Shown: positions 37,560 through 50,466, counted from the stretch's first letter. The stretch: DNA of 64,000 nt from Chiloscyllium plagiosum (GCF_004010195.1 NC_057716.1:82794987-82858986), one strand, 5' to 3'. The notes: generated from the letters alone by a model not told the origin. Numbers and translations are program-made.

Positions 37560-38260
37560 TGATCTTATTAGGATTAATCAGAGTTTCTTCGGATTTCCAT
37601 TTCACTCAATATCTGAATAGCTTTCTATAGAGAAAATCTGACAAAGACTCCTCAGTAATTCCAACAACAAATCTGTTTCTTATAAATTCTGACATTAAAT
37701 CTCCACTAATCCATTGAGATCATAAACAAAATTATCAATTTCTGATCCGAGGAAGGGTCACTGAACCCAAAATGTTAACTGATTGCTCTCTGCAGGTTCT
37801 GCCAGACCTGCTGAACTTTTCCAGTAATTTCTGCTTTTGTTTCTCATTTCCAGCATACACACTTCTCTTGTTTTTTACTAATGAAATTATTGGTGAATTC
37901 CCTAGGATGCTGAATTCTGCTCTTAGATCCTGTTCTTTCAAAAATGTTAGTTGTTCTGAGGTTATAATAATTGTCAAAAGCTTTTAGAACTTCATTGAAA
38001 GCATCTTCTTCTTTTGCAACTTGGTGAGGTATAAGATCATCAGAAATAGTCTGCAGCAATCAGTTGTGAAAAAAAAAACTAGTTTGCTTCCATATTAATA
38101 GGGAGTGTAGATACAGATGTACCATGTACTGTTATCCCATCTGAGAGAAGCTGATGAGTCTCATGAACTTCCACACAGACGTTAACGTGTAAACTAATCA
38201 CTGTTTCAAACAACTGGGGCATCAGAAGGAATTTTTGTGGTTTTATTTACAATATTATCT
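37560..38260 (-). pseudogene. Gypsy/Ty3 LTR retrotransposon gag relic
   Basis: Minus strand VSTLPINMG, FNEVLKAFDNYYNLRTTNIFER...IQHPREF and EFIRNRFVVGITEESLS resemble conserved Gypsy gag motifs (FER..FN.R.Q..GE; IRDRIVVG). Confidence 0.7.
37738..37878 (+). mobile_element. PLE family C pLTR end inserted into the gag relic
   Basis: CCGAGGAAGGGTCACTGAACCCAAAATGTTAAC...GCCAGACCTGCTGAACTTTTCCAG. Confidence 0.75.
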
Positions 38261-40081
38261 TTTGACGAGGGGATGGCAAAGACTTCTTGTTGCAGTGGAT
38301 AACTGCAATTGTTAACATTGTTTCACACATGACAGCGGTGACCATACTTCCATAGTGTTACTTCGGATGTACAGTGAATCAGACATCTGGTGTCATGTAA
38401 AGGGCCATATAAGTGCAACTCTTTCACTCACTTCTTTCAAAGTAAACTCAAAAGCACAGTTCTGAAGGAGAGTCACTGGACCCAAGTCCTCAACATAGCA
38501 ATTCATCAGTCTGGAATTCTGCTCCAGCTCCTGTTTGCTGCCTCACTCTCTCTCCCTCTCTCTCAAAACATGAGACTTCTCCAGCTCAGGCATGCTTCCA
38601 AACAATCCTCTGGAGGTATCTTTTCACCTGTTTCAATTCCCTTCCTGACTTGTCACAAAAGTAGATACTTCCTCCTCACAAGTCCTCCACTTTTCTTTCT
38701 TGTTTCCTTTCATTTCGTTTGCGTTATGGTATTGCAATTCGGTCCCTCAGCTTGCCAAAGATGCTGTGCCTTGCAGGAAGGAACTGTATAGTTCTGCTGC
38801 CCTGAACTGTTTCCACACTACTGTCACCTGCCCTTGTGACATAGTGGTAGCATCCCTACTTGTGAGCCAGAAAGACCTCTGTTTAAGTTCCTGTTGCTCC
38901 AGGGGAATACCCGAATAGGTTGGTGGTCAAAGGTAGCTACTAACTGAGATTGGCACATGAAATAAAATCTCTGTTTTTCTTACTGCCACAATAAAGGCTA
39001 GAATCACTGTGGGATCTCTTGCCTAGGCCACTCATAAAGTCATGGAGTTATACAGTATGGTTGTGAGTAGCTAATAATTGAAGAATATTTAAAATAAGAT
39101 TGAAATTTAAAAATAAATTGAGAAAAGACCTTTTTCTTTTCCTCAAACTGGATTTAAAAGAAAAAAAGTTTACTTCTTTTAATTAAAAGTATGTAAGAAG
39201 TTTTGTTGCCTACAGCTGCACCTAATTAAAGATTGCAAAGATGAAGGCTTCTCACAGCTGGGTGTCATTATACACAAAGTCATATTTCGCTTCTTCCAGC
39301 TGAAAGGCAAAATTTTCCTGAGGTTTCAGCAGATAGCAGTGATCTTTTTGCAGGGTATAAACATGCCAAGAAATAGCTCTTTTATAAACTAATTAATGAT
39401 TGTAACCCAAGGTGAAGGTGTGCATTTGCACCACACTCTAACAAACTAGAATCTCTCTTCCTTCAGGTGGATTCTCTTAATTGATCATCAGAGACAAAAT
39501 GGATATCTTCCTTCAGAAAAATCTGGAAGGTGTTTGTTTTTATTTTATTATACTTTATTGCTATAAATCTAGATTTAAAGGAGATAGATCAAGCTGTGAA
39601 CCTAATGGCACTTACAAGCCAATCAATGAATCCGTAATTAGCTGATTAGTTTTGAATGAAGAATCTTTTTGCAATTAACTTGTATGCCTGGGAATACAAA
39701 TCGAATATTGTACCATTTCTCTGGGTGCAAAATGGGCACAATGGGGTTAATTTGAGGCACCAGTATCTCATACCTGAGGACATCTGGCAGACTCCAACTC
39801 AATATTGGGTAGGCCTCTTCTTCAGGCATTACTGGTGGCTTTTAACTAGATTTTTGTACTCTTGCAAATGTAAATGTGCCTTCTGTTCATTTTGATATTT
39901 CAGAATGACGTGGAAGCCAGGCCTGCTGTACCTGACAGTTTCTCAGCAATATCCAATCAGCTTCTGGAGTGGCGTCACTGTTTCTCACATGGAGATTTAT
40001 CTTTCAGACATTGTTGGTGAGGCAAGGTACTCAATATCTGATTCGTCAAATAGGGAAGCTTCCTGTAAAGTCTCAGTTCCA

Positions 40082-41096
40082 TTGAGTTTTGAGAAGATTT
40101 ATAGCTCAGGTTGAGGTACTGGATGTAGGTTTGCTCGCTAAGCTGGAAGGTTCCTTTTCAGACATTTCATCACCATTCTAGGTATCATCAGGGAGCATCC
40201 AGACAAAGCACTGCTGATGGTTCCTACTTTCTATTTATATGTTTGGGTTTCTTTGGGTTGGTGATGTCATTTCCTATTCTTTTTCTCTGTGTGTGGTAAA
40301 TGGGATCTGAGTCAATGAGTTAGTTGATAAAGTTCCGGCTGGAATGCCGTGCTTCTAGGATTTCTTGTGTATGTCTCTGTTTGGCTTGTCCTAGGATGGA
40401 TGTGTTGCCCCAGTTGAAATGGTGTCCATCTTTATCTTTATGTAAGGATACTAGTGAGAGAGGGTCATGTTGTTTTGTGGATAGCTGATGACATTAGTTT
40501 TGCTTGTGTCTGTATAGGGTCTTTAAAATTCATTAGTTGCTGTTTTAGTGTGTTGGTGCGCTACCATAATGCCAAGTGGTCCGAGTCAGACACCTTAGCA
40601 TTATGGTAGCCCACAAACCCACCAACATACTAAAAGAGCAGCTAATGAACTCGAAAGACCCTATACAGACAACAAGCAAAACTACTGTCATTTAAAATAC
40701 CATGCAAGAACTGTAACAAACACTATATTAGACAAACAAGCAGAAAACTAGCCACCAGGATACATGAACACCAACTAGCCACTGGGACAATACATCCATC
40801 CTATGTCAAGCCAAACAGAGACACACATGAGAGTTCCTAGAAGCATGGCATTCCAACTGAAACTCTATCGACAAACACACTGACTTGGACCCCATTTATC
40901 ACCCCTGAGAAAAAGAACAGGAAATGACATCACCACAGAAAATGACACTACCAACCCAAAGAACCCCAAACATATAAATAGAAAGCAGGAACCATCAGCA
41001 ATGCTTCGTCCAGAGGGTCACTTACGTTATTACCTAGTATGGTGACGAAACGTCTGAAAATGAAACTTCCAGTTCAGCGAGCAAACCTACATCCAG
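40082..41096. mobile_element. PLE family D ~1 kb head-to-head palindromic insertion (GIY-YIG region plus pLTR in both arms)
   Basis: 13-bp TSD AGTCTCAGTTCCA at 40069-40081 and 41097-41109; plus arm reads KIPCKNCNKHYIRQTSRKLATRIHEHQLA; GGTGACGAAACGTCTG hammerhead half at 41041-41056. Confidence 0.9.
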
Positions 41097-43180
41097 AGTC
41101 TCAGTTCCAGCCATTGGGTGCTCATTCAAGTATTCTTGGTTTGGTCCCAGGCTCAATTTCAATTGGCCTCAACCCTTTCCTTTAGCATATGCCTGGAGGT
41201 CGCATTGTCACCTTCATGGATGAAACTAAGTGCCAATGGATATATTACTGTTGTTAGTGCTTCGCAACAGATCTTACTGTGAAAAAGATCTTAAATTTAT
41301 ATCAATGTATTTCTATTATGATCAATCACAAGCACAGGTAGGGATGGATTATAAATGCTGGCACAACTAATGGCATAATCCCATGAATGAATTAAAAATA
41401 AAAAACCTGAAGGATCAATTTGCTTCCTGACAAAAAGTATTGTTCAGGACAGTCTTGTACTGATGAAAAATTGCCAGGTAAACATCTGAGATGCTATCAA
41501 AATTGCTTTCTACCATTGCAAATCAAGTATATTTGTTCAACATAACTTGGCTGTGTGCAAAAATGTGATAACTGAAATTTCAAAGTGAAGTTGCTCCAGC
41601 TGGTAATTTTAGTGAGAAAAGGCAAAATGAAAAGTTGTAGAGCAAAATCATATAGAAGTTTGAATGACGTGGAGTTTGATGAGATTTGTGGCAGAGTTGA
41701 ACAAGAAGTCCAACAAAGTTGACTTCAACATCAGGAGTATCTCACTCCATGTTTTATGCTTTTCACAAATGGCCTGAGTTTCTCACTGGGTAGCAGTGAG
41801 TTGTCAATTAAGGGGGATTATTGCTTGTGAAACATTTTGTTCAGGCCCACCTCATCTGATTAATATTCAGCTTATTTTACTAAACCCAACAAACCCATTG
41901 GCTAACCCTCTGCAACTTAGAAACAGCACTGACCCAGGCTGTGACCTTAAGACAGAATGCCAAGGCCTGGTGGTGTGGCCTCCTCTCCTTTTTGCCATCC
42001 CCAGACCAGGATCTCTTCTGGAGAATTGTGATGCCTTCTTCCTCTTCTCTGACATTTTCTGAAACCATCTGTGACCAAGCAGGGTAGCTTCTGATGCCAG
42101 TGTGTGTCCAGGTGCACACTGGCGTCTCAGAGCTGGTGCGGGCACAAGGAATGAGGATCTTTTGCTAAATAATCATTGCATGGTGAGTTATTCTATGGAC
42201 GATGTGTGGCAAAATGAGGCTGGAATCAGACGTGCTAAACACGTCTCATATCAAACCTCTGTCGCCACAAGCATGTTTCCAAACTACTCCCATGTCTGAG
42301 AGGCTCTGTGGCTGGAAAGAAGAGTCTTGCAAAATCATCTTGGTATTCTCAGCCTATAAAAGAACTTGAATCTGGAAAGAAGGTTTATGTTGCACTTCCC
42401 TAATTAAAAGCAGCAATCTGAAGCTGTCTCAAATAAAAATAATCCTTTAAAACCATCAAAGTCTACTATATTTAGGATATTATATTTACTATATTCAGCC
42501 CATCCCAGCTCTCACTGTTTGAAAATTAATCTCTGTGCCCCATTTTTGTCCTCATAACTCCAGAGCTTACAACATGTCAAGAAAAACTACATCTCCCTTA
42601 CAAAACAGTGAATCAGTTTCTGCCACTTCTGCTTCCTATGGTGAAGCATTCCATTTTTACTATGCCAGACAAGTTTCTATCTGTACTTGAGAAGGCAAAT
42701 ACATCATGGGCAGAAGAAAGCAACCAGCTTTTCCAATTACAGATGGAACAAACATCCTTCAGGATGTCTTCATTCTAACTATAGATTTACAACACAATCC
42801 AGCAATAAGGGGGTAACAATTTCATATACAACCTGGAGAAAGTGCACCAACTACGTTCGGGACCTCAGGAGGGCAGGAAAGGTGAATGGCACAGTACTTT
42901 CTGGTGCCATGCCCCACATTCTAACATGTCTGCTTTGTCCTTCACAGCTTCTTCTGGATGAAACCTTTTACAGATGTAGCCATTCTTCTCACTGTAGGTG
43001 CTTTCCATTCCCACTGTATAAGGTAGCACCCATTATTAGCCTCATCCTATTGCATTCTCATACTCACGTCTCACTGCCAGTCTCCACAAGTATCTCTTCC
43101 TCCTCTCCACACAGACCAATTTGAACACCCATTTAAACTCTCAGTTGTTAGAGTTGAGTCCAGACCCATCAGCAACTTGC

Positions 43181-43427
43181 TTAAGGGGGATACACGCGGC
43201 AAGTACTTCACAGAGGGTGGTGGGCGGTTGGAACACATTGCCGGCAGAGGTGGTAGAGGCAAGTACAATAGATTCATTTAAAATGCTCCTGGATAAATGC
43301 ATGAGTAGGTGGGGAGTAGAGGGATACAGATGCTTAGGAATTGACCAACAGGTTTACACAGTACATTTGGATTGGCTCAGGCTTGGAGGGCCGAAGGGCC
43401 TGTTCCTGGGTTGTAAATTTTCTTTGT
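43181..43427 (+). mobile_element. CR1 LINE 3' end inserted in the left inverted repeat
   Basis: QRVVGGWNTLPAEVVEASTIDSFKMLLD; GGGCCGAAGGGCCTGTT tail. Confidence 0.85.
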
Positions 43428-43604
43428 TCAATGAAACTGACAAGCTGGGAAGTCTTTGATCAGTTACACTGAAGGGATCCAGCCAGGCTAATTTAGAGGC
43501 TACTGTTCTCTTTTCTCTGTTCTCTCTCTCTCTTTTCTTGCAGGAGAGAGCACACAACTTGCAAGAGGTGGAGACTCAAGGATGTCAGTTGGACTCTCAG
43601 TGAT

Positions 43605-43809
43605 TGAATCAGAAAGTGTGGCCTGGAAAAAGCACAGCAGGCCAAGCAGCATCTGAAGAGCAGGAGAGTCAATATTTCGGGCATCAAGATGAAGGGCTTA
43701 TGCCCGAAAAATCAACTCTCCTGCTCCTTGGATGCTACCTGACCTGCTGCGCTTTTTCCAGGCCACACTTTGGCTCTGACTCTCCAACATCTACAGTCAT
43801 CACTTTCTC
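43605..43809. mobile_element. PLE family A head-to-head palindrome
   Basis: 9-bp TSD CTCAGTGAT at 43596-43604 and 43810-43818; arms about 43613-43684 and 43700-43771; right-hand tail. Confidence 0.85.
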
Positions 43810-44007
43810 CTCAGTGATAGGCACTTTATCAGACAAAACATACCTAATTGCTCCTGTGAGAAGGACACCTGTTTCAGCAGGGCCTAGTGATCAGAGATGT
43901 CACTAAGTCTGGTCCTCCGCCTGTGTTTCCTTCCATCCTGCATGCAACTGAGGAGATAGCAGCTGGTGAATGTGCTATTGGTGGTAATCACAGTGCGATT
44001 GCTTCTG

Positions 44008-44727
44008 CTGCTGAACAAAGAGACCTTGGAGTGCAGGTTCATAGCTCCTTGAAAATGGAATCGCAGGTAGATAGGAGAGTGAAGAAGGTGTTTGGTATGC
44101 TTTCTTTTATTGGTCAGAGTATTGTGAACAGGAGTTGGGAGGTCATGTTGCAGCTGTACAGGACATTGATGAGACCACTGTTGGAATATTGCGTGCAATT
44201 CTGGTCTCCTTCCTATCGGAAAGATATTGTGAAACTTGATAGGGTTCAGAAAGGATTTATAAGGATGTTGCCAGGGTTGGAGGATTTGAGCTATAGGGAG
44301 AGGCTGAACAGGCTGGGGCTGTTTTCCCTGGAGCATGGGAGGCTGAGGGGTGACCTTATAGAGGTTTACAAAATTATGAAGGGCATGGATAGGGTAAATA
44401 GACAAAGTCTTTTCCCTGGGGTCGGGGAGTCCAGAACTAGAGGGCATAGATTTAGGGTGAGAGGGGAAAGATATAAAAGAGACCTAAGGGGCAACTTTTT
44501 CACACAGAGGGTGGTACGTGTATAAAATGAGCTGCCAGAGGAAATGGTGGAGGCTGGTACAATTGCAACATTGAAGAGGTATTTGGATGGGTATATGAAT
44601 AGGAAGGGTTTGGAGGAATATAGGCCGGGTGCTGGCAGTTGGGACTAGATTGGGTTCGGATATCTGGTCGGCATGGACGGATTGGACCGAAGGGTCTGTT
44701 TCCATGCTGTACATATCTATGACTCTA
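44008..44727 (+). mobile_element. Young CR1/HER1 LINE 3' portion
   Basis: EQRDLGVQVH...LEYCVQFWSP...RGDLIEVYKIM...NFFTQRVV in ORF 43887-44525; CTATGACTCT tail. Confidence 0.95.
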
Positions 44728-45367
44728 CTGTTGCCCCTCAGAGGTACTAAGTGCAGCAACACAAGCTGCTCCCTTGCAGGTAAGCACACCTTAAGGTGAA
44801 TGATGTGCTGGCCAAGGTGAAGTGATTTCAAAAGCTGTCAAGTAATAAAAACACTGTCTCAGAGAGGTACTTCGAAGAGTTGCCTCTCAATTAGCCTGGC
44901 TGAATTCCTTCAGTGTAACTGATCAAAGACTTCCGAGCTTGTCAGTTTCATTGAAGAAGGTCTTTCTGCTGTATTCTGCCCTCAGTAAGCCTGCAAGTTG
45001 CTGATGAATCTGGACTCAACTCTAACAACTGAGTTTAAAATAATATTACTGTGCTATTTAAATACCTTAATTGCTTGCCCAAGAGTTAGAATCCTACTTG
45101 CTTTTATTCCCACCCTGATGAATGGCATGATTTTGGGATCAAGGATATAACTCTCCATGTGCATCCAAACAATTCTGCCCTTGGTTTAAGTAAAACTTTA
45201 TTTAACCACAATCAAGTGTTACGGCACAGAATACAAATCAGAAATTTTTAAGACATGACATGATGACATCCAATGTAAAAGTTTCAGCAACAACTTCAGT
45301 CGCACTCTGTCGACTGGAGTCAGTGTTGTCAGTTGGTTAGGTGTGAATATAGTGTACAGCAAGATCA

Positions 45368-47639
45368 GAGAGTGGAAAAGCACAGCACATCAGGCAGCAT
45401 CTGAGGAGCAGGAGAATCAATGTTTCGGGCATAAGCCCTTCATCAGGAATGAGGTTTGTGGGCCAGGTGGCTGAGAGATAAATGGGAGGGGTGTGGGCAG
45501 GGGAGAAAGTAGCCAAAAATGTGATAGATGNNNNNNAAGAGGGTGGTGCCGAGTTGGAGGCTTGGACAGGGATAAGGTGGGGGGAGGGGAATTGAGGAAA
45601 CTGATGTAATCCACATTGATCCCATATGGTTACAGGGTCCCAAGGCGGAAGATGAGGCATTCTATCTCCAGGCATCGGGTAGTTAGGAGTTGGTGATGGA
45701 GCAGGCCCAGGACCTGCAAGTCTTTGGTGGAGTGTGAGGGTGAGTTAAAGTGTTCAGCCACAGAGAGGTTGAGTTGGTTGGTGTGGGTGTCAGACATGTC
45801 CAGGTGAATTTAAGGTTGGGGTGGAAGATGCCAGTGAATTTGATGAACTGTTCAACTTTCTAATGGAAGCACGAAGTATCGTTGATACAGTTATCGATGT
45901 AGTGGGGGAAAGATGGAGAATGGTCCTGGTGTAGCTGCAGAAGACAGACTATTCAACGTACCCGATGAAGAGGCAGGCAAGACTGGGGCCGATGTGGGTG
46001 CCCATAGCCATGGAGGAAGTGGGAGGATTGGAAGGAGAAGTTGTTAAGGGTGAGGACCAGTTCAGCTAGGCGGATGAGGGGTTCAGTGGAAGGGTACTGG
46101 TTGGGTCAGCGTGAGAGAAAGAAATGGAAGGATTTGCAGGCTTTCATCATAGCGGATGAATGTGTACAGAAACTGGATATCCATGGTGAAGATAAGGCAT
46201 TGGAGGCTGGGAAAACAAAAGTTGGAGGAGATGATGGGTGTGGGTGATGTCCTGAACGTGGATGGGGAGTTCTCAGACTAAAGGGGACAGTATCATACCA
46301 CAGCTACCTGGACTACACCTCCTCCCACCCTTCCTCCAACCACACAAGATCAATGTGGATTTCACCAGTTTCCACATTTCCCCTATAAAAATGCTATGCC
46401 TTTTTCCCAATTCTTCCTCCTCCATTGCATCTGCTCCCAGGAGGACCAATTCCATCATAGAACATCCCAGATGACCTTCTTTTTCAAAGACTGCAATTTC
46501 CTCTCCCACATGGACAAGATGCCCTTCAGTGCACCTCCTCCACTTTCCGCACCCCGTCCTTGAACCCCACTCCTTCAATTGCAACAATGTCAGAACCGCC
46601 CTGGTCCTCACCTTCCACCCTACCAACCTCCAGATACATCGCATCATCTTTGCACTTTCCCCACCTACAAACAAACCCCACCACTCAGGATATATTTTGC
46701 TCTCTATCCCTATCTGCATTTTGGAGAGACCATTCCCTCCGTGACTCCCTTGTCAGATCCATGCCCCCCACCAGCCTGCACCCCACTCCTGGCACCTTCT
46801 CCTGCCAACGAAGGAGTGCAAAACCTGCGTCAACACCACTCCCCTCACCTCCATCCAAGGCCCCAAAGGAACCTTCCACATCTGACAGAAATGTACCTGT
46901 ACGTGCACATTCATCAGCTGTTTTATCCGTTGCACCTGATGTGGCCTCCTCTACATTGGGGAGACAGGACGCCAATTGCACATGGTTTCAGAGAACATCT
47001 CTTGGACACCCACACCAACCAACCCCACTGCCCATGGCTAAACACTTTAACACCCCCTCCCACTCTGCCAAGGACATGCAGGTCATGGGCCTCCTCCATC
47101 ACCAATCTCGAACCACCTGACGCCTAGAGGAAGAATGCTTCATCTTCCACCTTGGCACCCTGCAACCACATGGGATCAATGTGGATTTCATAAGTTTCCT
47201 CATTTCCCCTCCTCCCGCCTTATCCTAGTCCCAAACCTCCAACTCGGCACTGCCCTCTTGACCTGTCCTTCTTCCTTCCCACCTATCCACTCCACCCTCC
47301 TCGCCGATCAATCGCCTTTCTCCCCCACCTTCATCTATCTATTGCATTCTCAGCTACATTCCTCCCAGTCCCATCCTCCTCCCATTTATCTCTCAGCCCC
47401 CCCGGCCCACAAGCCTCATTCCTGATGAAGGGCTTATGCCCGAAGCATCGACTCTCTGCTCCTTGGATGCTGCCTGACCTGTTGTGCTTTTCCAGCACCA
47501 CACTGTCTACTCTGATCTCCAGCATCTACAGCCGAAGCATCGACTCTCTGCTCCTTGGATGCTGCCTGACCTGTTGTGCTTTTCCAGCACCACACTCTCT
47601 ACTCTGATCTCCAGCAGCTACAGTCCTCATTTTCTCCTT
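45368..47639. mobile_element. PLE family A ~2.3 kb mosaic insertion (inverted pLTR and RT core; forward thumb, GIY-YIG and pLTR)
   Basis: 9-bp TSD GCAAGATCA at 45359-45367 and 47640-47648; minus strand AMGTHIGPSLACLFIGYVE, HYIDN and FHPNLKFTW; plus strand HSYLDYTSSHP and CGLLYIGET; CTGATGAAGGGCTTATGCCCGAA on both arms. Confidence 0.9.
45531..45536. other. Assembly gap (6 N)
   Basis: N run. Confidence 1.
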
Positions 47640-48119
47640 GCAAGATCAATAAGCATAGTGGCCCACATTATGTATAAAAGTCTGTGTTATCATGGCCTTG
47701 GAAATACTTAGTGTTGTAAATCAGCTTTGAGTATCTGATGCAACATTATCCAACTATCTGTGGGATGGCATATAGTAAAACATAAATGGCATAAAGTGAA
47801 TATACTATATTTTAGTGGAGAAAAAAGTACAATGTAGTTAAACATAATTATGCTCAGTATTCCAAAGAAGAATCATTGGTCTCAAACATTATTTCTTTCT
47901 CCACAGTTGTTGTTAGACCTGCTGAGTTTCTCTAACATCTTCTGTTTTTATTTCAGAACCCTTTTTTCCTTGTATCTTTTACTTTGATTGCAGTAAGAAT
48001 AGAAATTGAACAGCTGGGTGAATAAATGAATTTGGGGTATTTTGGAGGGAAATATAAAACTTTCTGCATGAGGCAGAATAGTGTGATTGTGGTATAATTC
48101 ATCGTGTCAGGGACGTATA

Positions 48120-48400
48120 ATTCGAAGGCCAGGACAAAGCTCTGGGAACACTTGTTCAAATCTTACCACAACATTTGGCGCAATTAAAATTCAATTTGTA
48201 TAACTGGAATCTGAATTATGGTGACCACAACCACCATCATCAGTTGTGGTAAAAGTTCAACTGGTTCACCATTCAGTAATGTCATCCTTACTTGGTCAGG
48301 CCTACCTATGACTCCAGACTCACAGATCCATGATTGACTCTTAACTGCCCTCTGAAATGGCTTTAGCAAGCCACTCAGTTCGAGGGCAATCAATGATTGG
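48120..48400 (+). mobile_element. Old SINE-like repeat
   Basis: GTTCAAATC B-box-like motif; TGACTCCAGAC...GACTCTTAACTGCCCTCTGAAATGGC...AGGGCAAT LINE-like tail. Confidence 0.55.
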
Positions 48401-48789
48401 CCAAAAACACAATGTGTTAGTTTAGGTTTACAGGCAGTGTCAGTAGTCATTGCCTGTCAGGAACAAACATTTGTAAAATGTTTTTGGTTATGATTTCCAA
48501 TATTTTGAGACACACTGTTTTTCATTACTTCAACAATGCCAGTGATACTGAGGCAGCCTTAAATACCCATTTCTGGTTATCTTAAGGATACTTACAGAGT
48601 AGAAGTCCCCAGGACCTGAGTAAATATGGAAAATTAAAAGGATTGGACCATGCTTTTAGTTTACTGCTGAACTCACCCGAACCACTCTTAGATCATTTTG
48701 AGACAAGAGGCTTGGGGATATCGCCTGCCTAATTTATTTGGATGTGTCTTTGCCCATTTGTGGAGATATTTCAGATAAGTGGGCATTTT

Positions 48790-50127
48790 CAAGATGGCAC
48801 CTGTAACCCAAACAGTGCCACAGGGATCAATGCAGGGGCTGCAATTAATTACAATCTATATTAATGACTTGGATGAAGAAAATGAATTTAAATAAGTTTA
48901 CAGACACAAAAATAGGTCAGAAGACAAGTGGCATGGGTGACACAAAATGTTGGCATATGGATAAGACAGGTTAAGTGAATGGGCATAAAACTTGACAGAT
49001 GGAATATAATGTTGGAAAATGTGAGGTTATGCATTTTGGCAGGGAAGGAGTTTAATATTTTTCTAAATGGTGAAAGACTGCATAAAGTTACAGCATATGT
49101 ATAATTCTCAAAAAGCCAACATATGATTTGAGCAGATAATAGAATGCAAATGGAATATTGTCCTTTATTTTATAGGGAATGGAACATAAAAGTCGGGAAG
49201 TCCTGTAAAATCTTTGGAAGGCACTGGTTAGGCCACAGCTGGAATGCTGTGAAAAGTGTTGGGCCTCTCATCTAAAGAAAGCAGTGGTTAGCACTGTTGC
49301 CTCACAGCACCAGGGACCCAGGTTCAATTCCAGCGTCAGGCAACTGTCTGTGTGATTTGCACATTCTCCCAGTGCCTGTGTGGGTTTTCTCTGGTTTCCT
49401 CCCACAGTCCAAAGATGTGCAAGTTAGGTGGATTCGCCATGCTAAATTGTCCATAGTGTTCAGGGATGTATAGGTTAAGTGGAATAATCAGGGGAAATGC
49501 AGGGTTACAAGGATAGGATAGGGGGTGAGTGTGGGTGGGATGTTTTTCAGAGAGTCAGTGTGAATTTGTTGGGCTGAATGGCCTGTTTCCCCACTGTGGG
49601 GATTCAATGAAAGATTAATTGTATTGAAGGCAGTCCAAAAAAGGTTCACTAGCCTGACCCTGGATATAAAGGGACTGTCTTATGAGGAGAGGTTGACTAG
49701 GTTGAGCCTGTACTGATATGTGTTCCTAAGAATGTGGTGCAACCTTATTGAAACATTCAAACCTCTTAGGGAGCTTGTAAGTTTAGCTGCAGAAAAGTCA
49801 TTTCCCCTTATGGAGAGGTTAGGGCCAGAGGAGTTAATCTCAGAATAAGGGGTCACACATTTAAAACAGAGATCAAAGCAAATTTCTTCTCTCGAAGGTA
49901 GTGAATTTGTGGAATTCTTTACCACAGAGGGTTGTTAACACTGAATTGTAAGCATATTCAAGGTTGATATTGATAGATTTCTAATCAGAAAGGGAATGTA
50001 GAGTTATGAGGAAAATGCAAGAAAGTGGAGTACAGGATTAATACATCAGCTGTGGTCTCGTTGAAAGGTAGAACAGATTTAGATGGGCTGAATGGTCTAC
50101 TTCTGCTCTTATGTTTTATGGTCTTAT
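48790..50127 (+). mobile_element. Degraded CR1 LINE (RT half to 3'UTR) with nested HE1
   Basis: VPQGS, IYINDLD, KCEVMHFG and ALVRPQLE motifs; TATGGTCTT tail. Confidence 0.8.
49282..49610 (+). mobile_element. HE1 SINE
   Basis: CAGTGGTTAGCACTGTTGCCTCACAGCACCAGGGACCCAGGTTCAATTCC head and conserved core. Confidence 0.9.
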
Positions 50128-50466
50128 TCCATGAGTAGAATCAAAATTCTACATGCCCCCTCCACCTCAGCTAACCAACACCACTCCCCAGCACCCTCTC
50201 TGTACCCTCATTTCAGAGAATTCAGGTTAATTTGGAGCGCAGAAAAATTGGTCATAGTGTCTCTGTAGTGTGGAAGCAGGCCATGCAGCCCATTAGGTCC
50301 ACACCAACCCTCCAATAGAGCATTCCACCCAGACCTACCCCATCTCTGTAAACCTGCATTTCCCACAGCTAATCAACCCAGTCTACACTTCCCTGGACAC
50401 AGTAGGCAATTTTGCATGGCCAATCCAACTAATTTGCACATTTTGGACTGAAGGAGGAAACTGAGC

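Larger units (their letters stand above)
43132..45039. mobile_element. Element with ~160-bp terminal inverted repeats (non-autonomous DNA transposon-like), carrying three nested retroelements
   Basis: 43132-43180 plus 43427-43507 are the reverse complement of 44874-45039; both ends TTTAAA. Confidence 0.7.

Noticed and set aside
43887-44525. 212-aa ORF that looks like a novel N-terminus fused to an RT C-terminus
   Set aside because: Chance read-through from TIR-element interior into a 5'-truncated CR1; no ATG start and no catalytic RT motifs
44995-45040. CTGATGA in the right TIR as a possible hammerhead
   Set aside because: No stem II-GAAA-stem III follows
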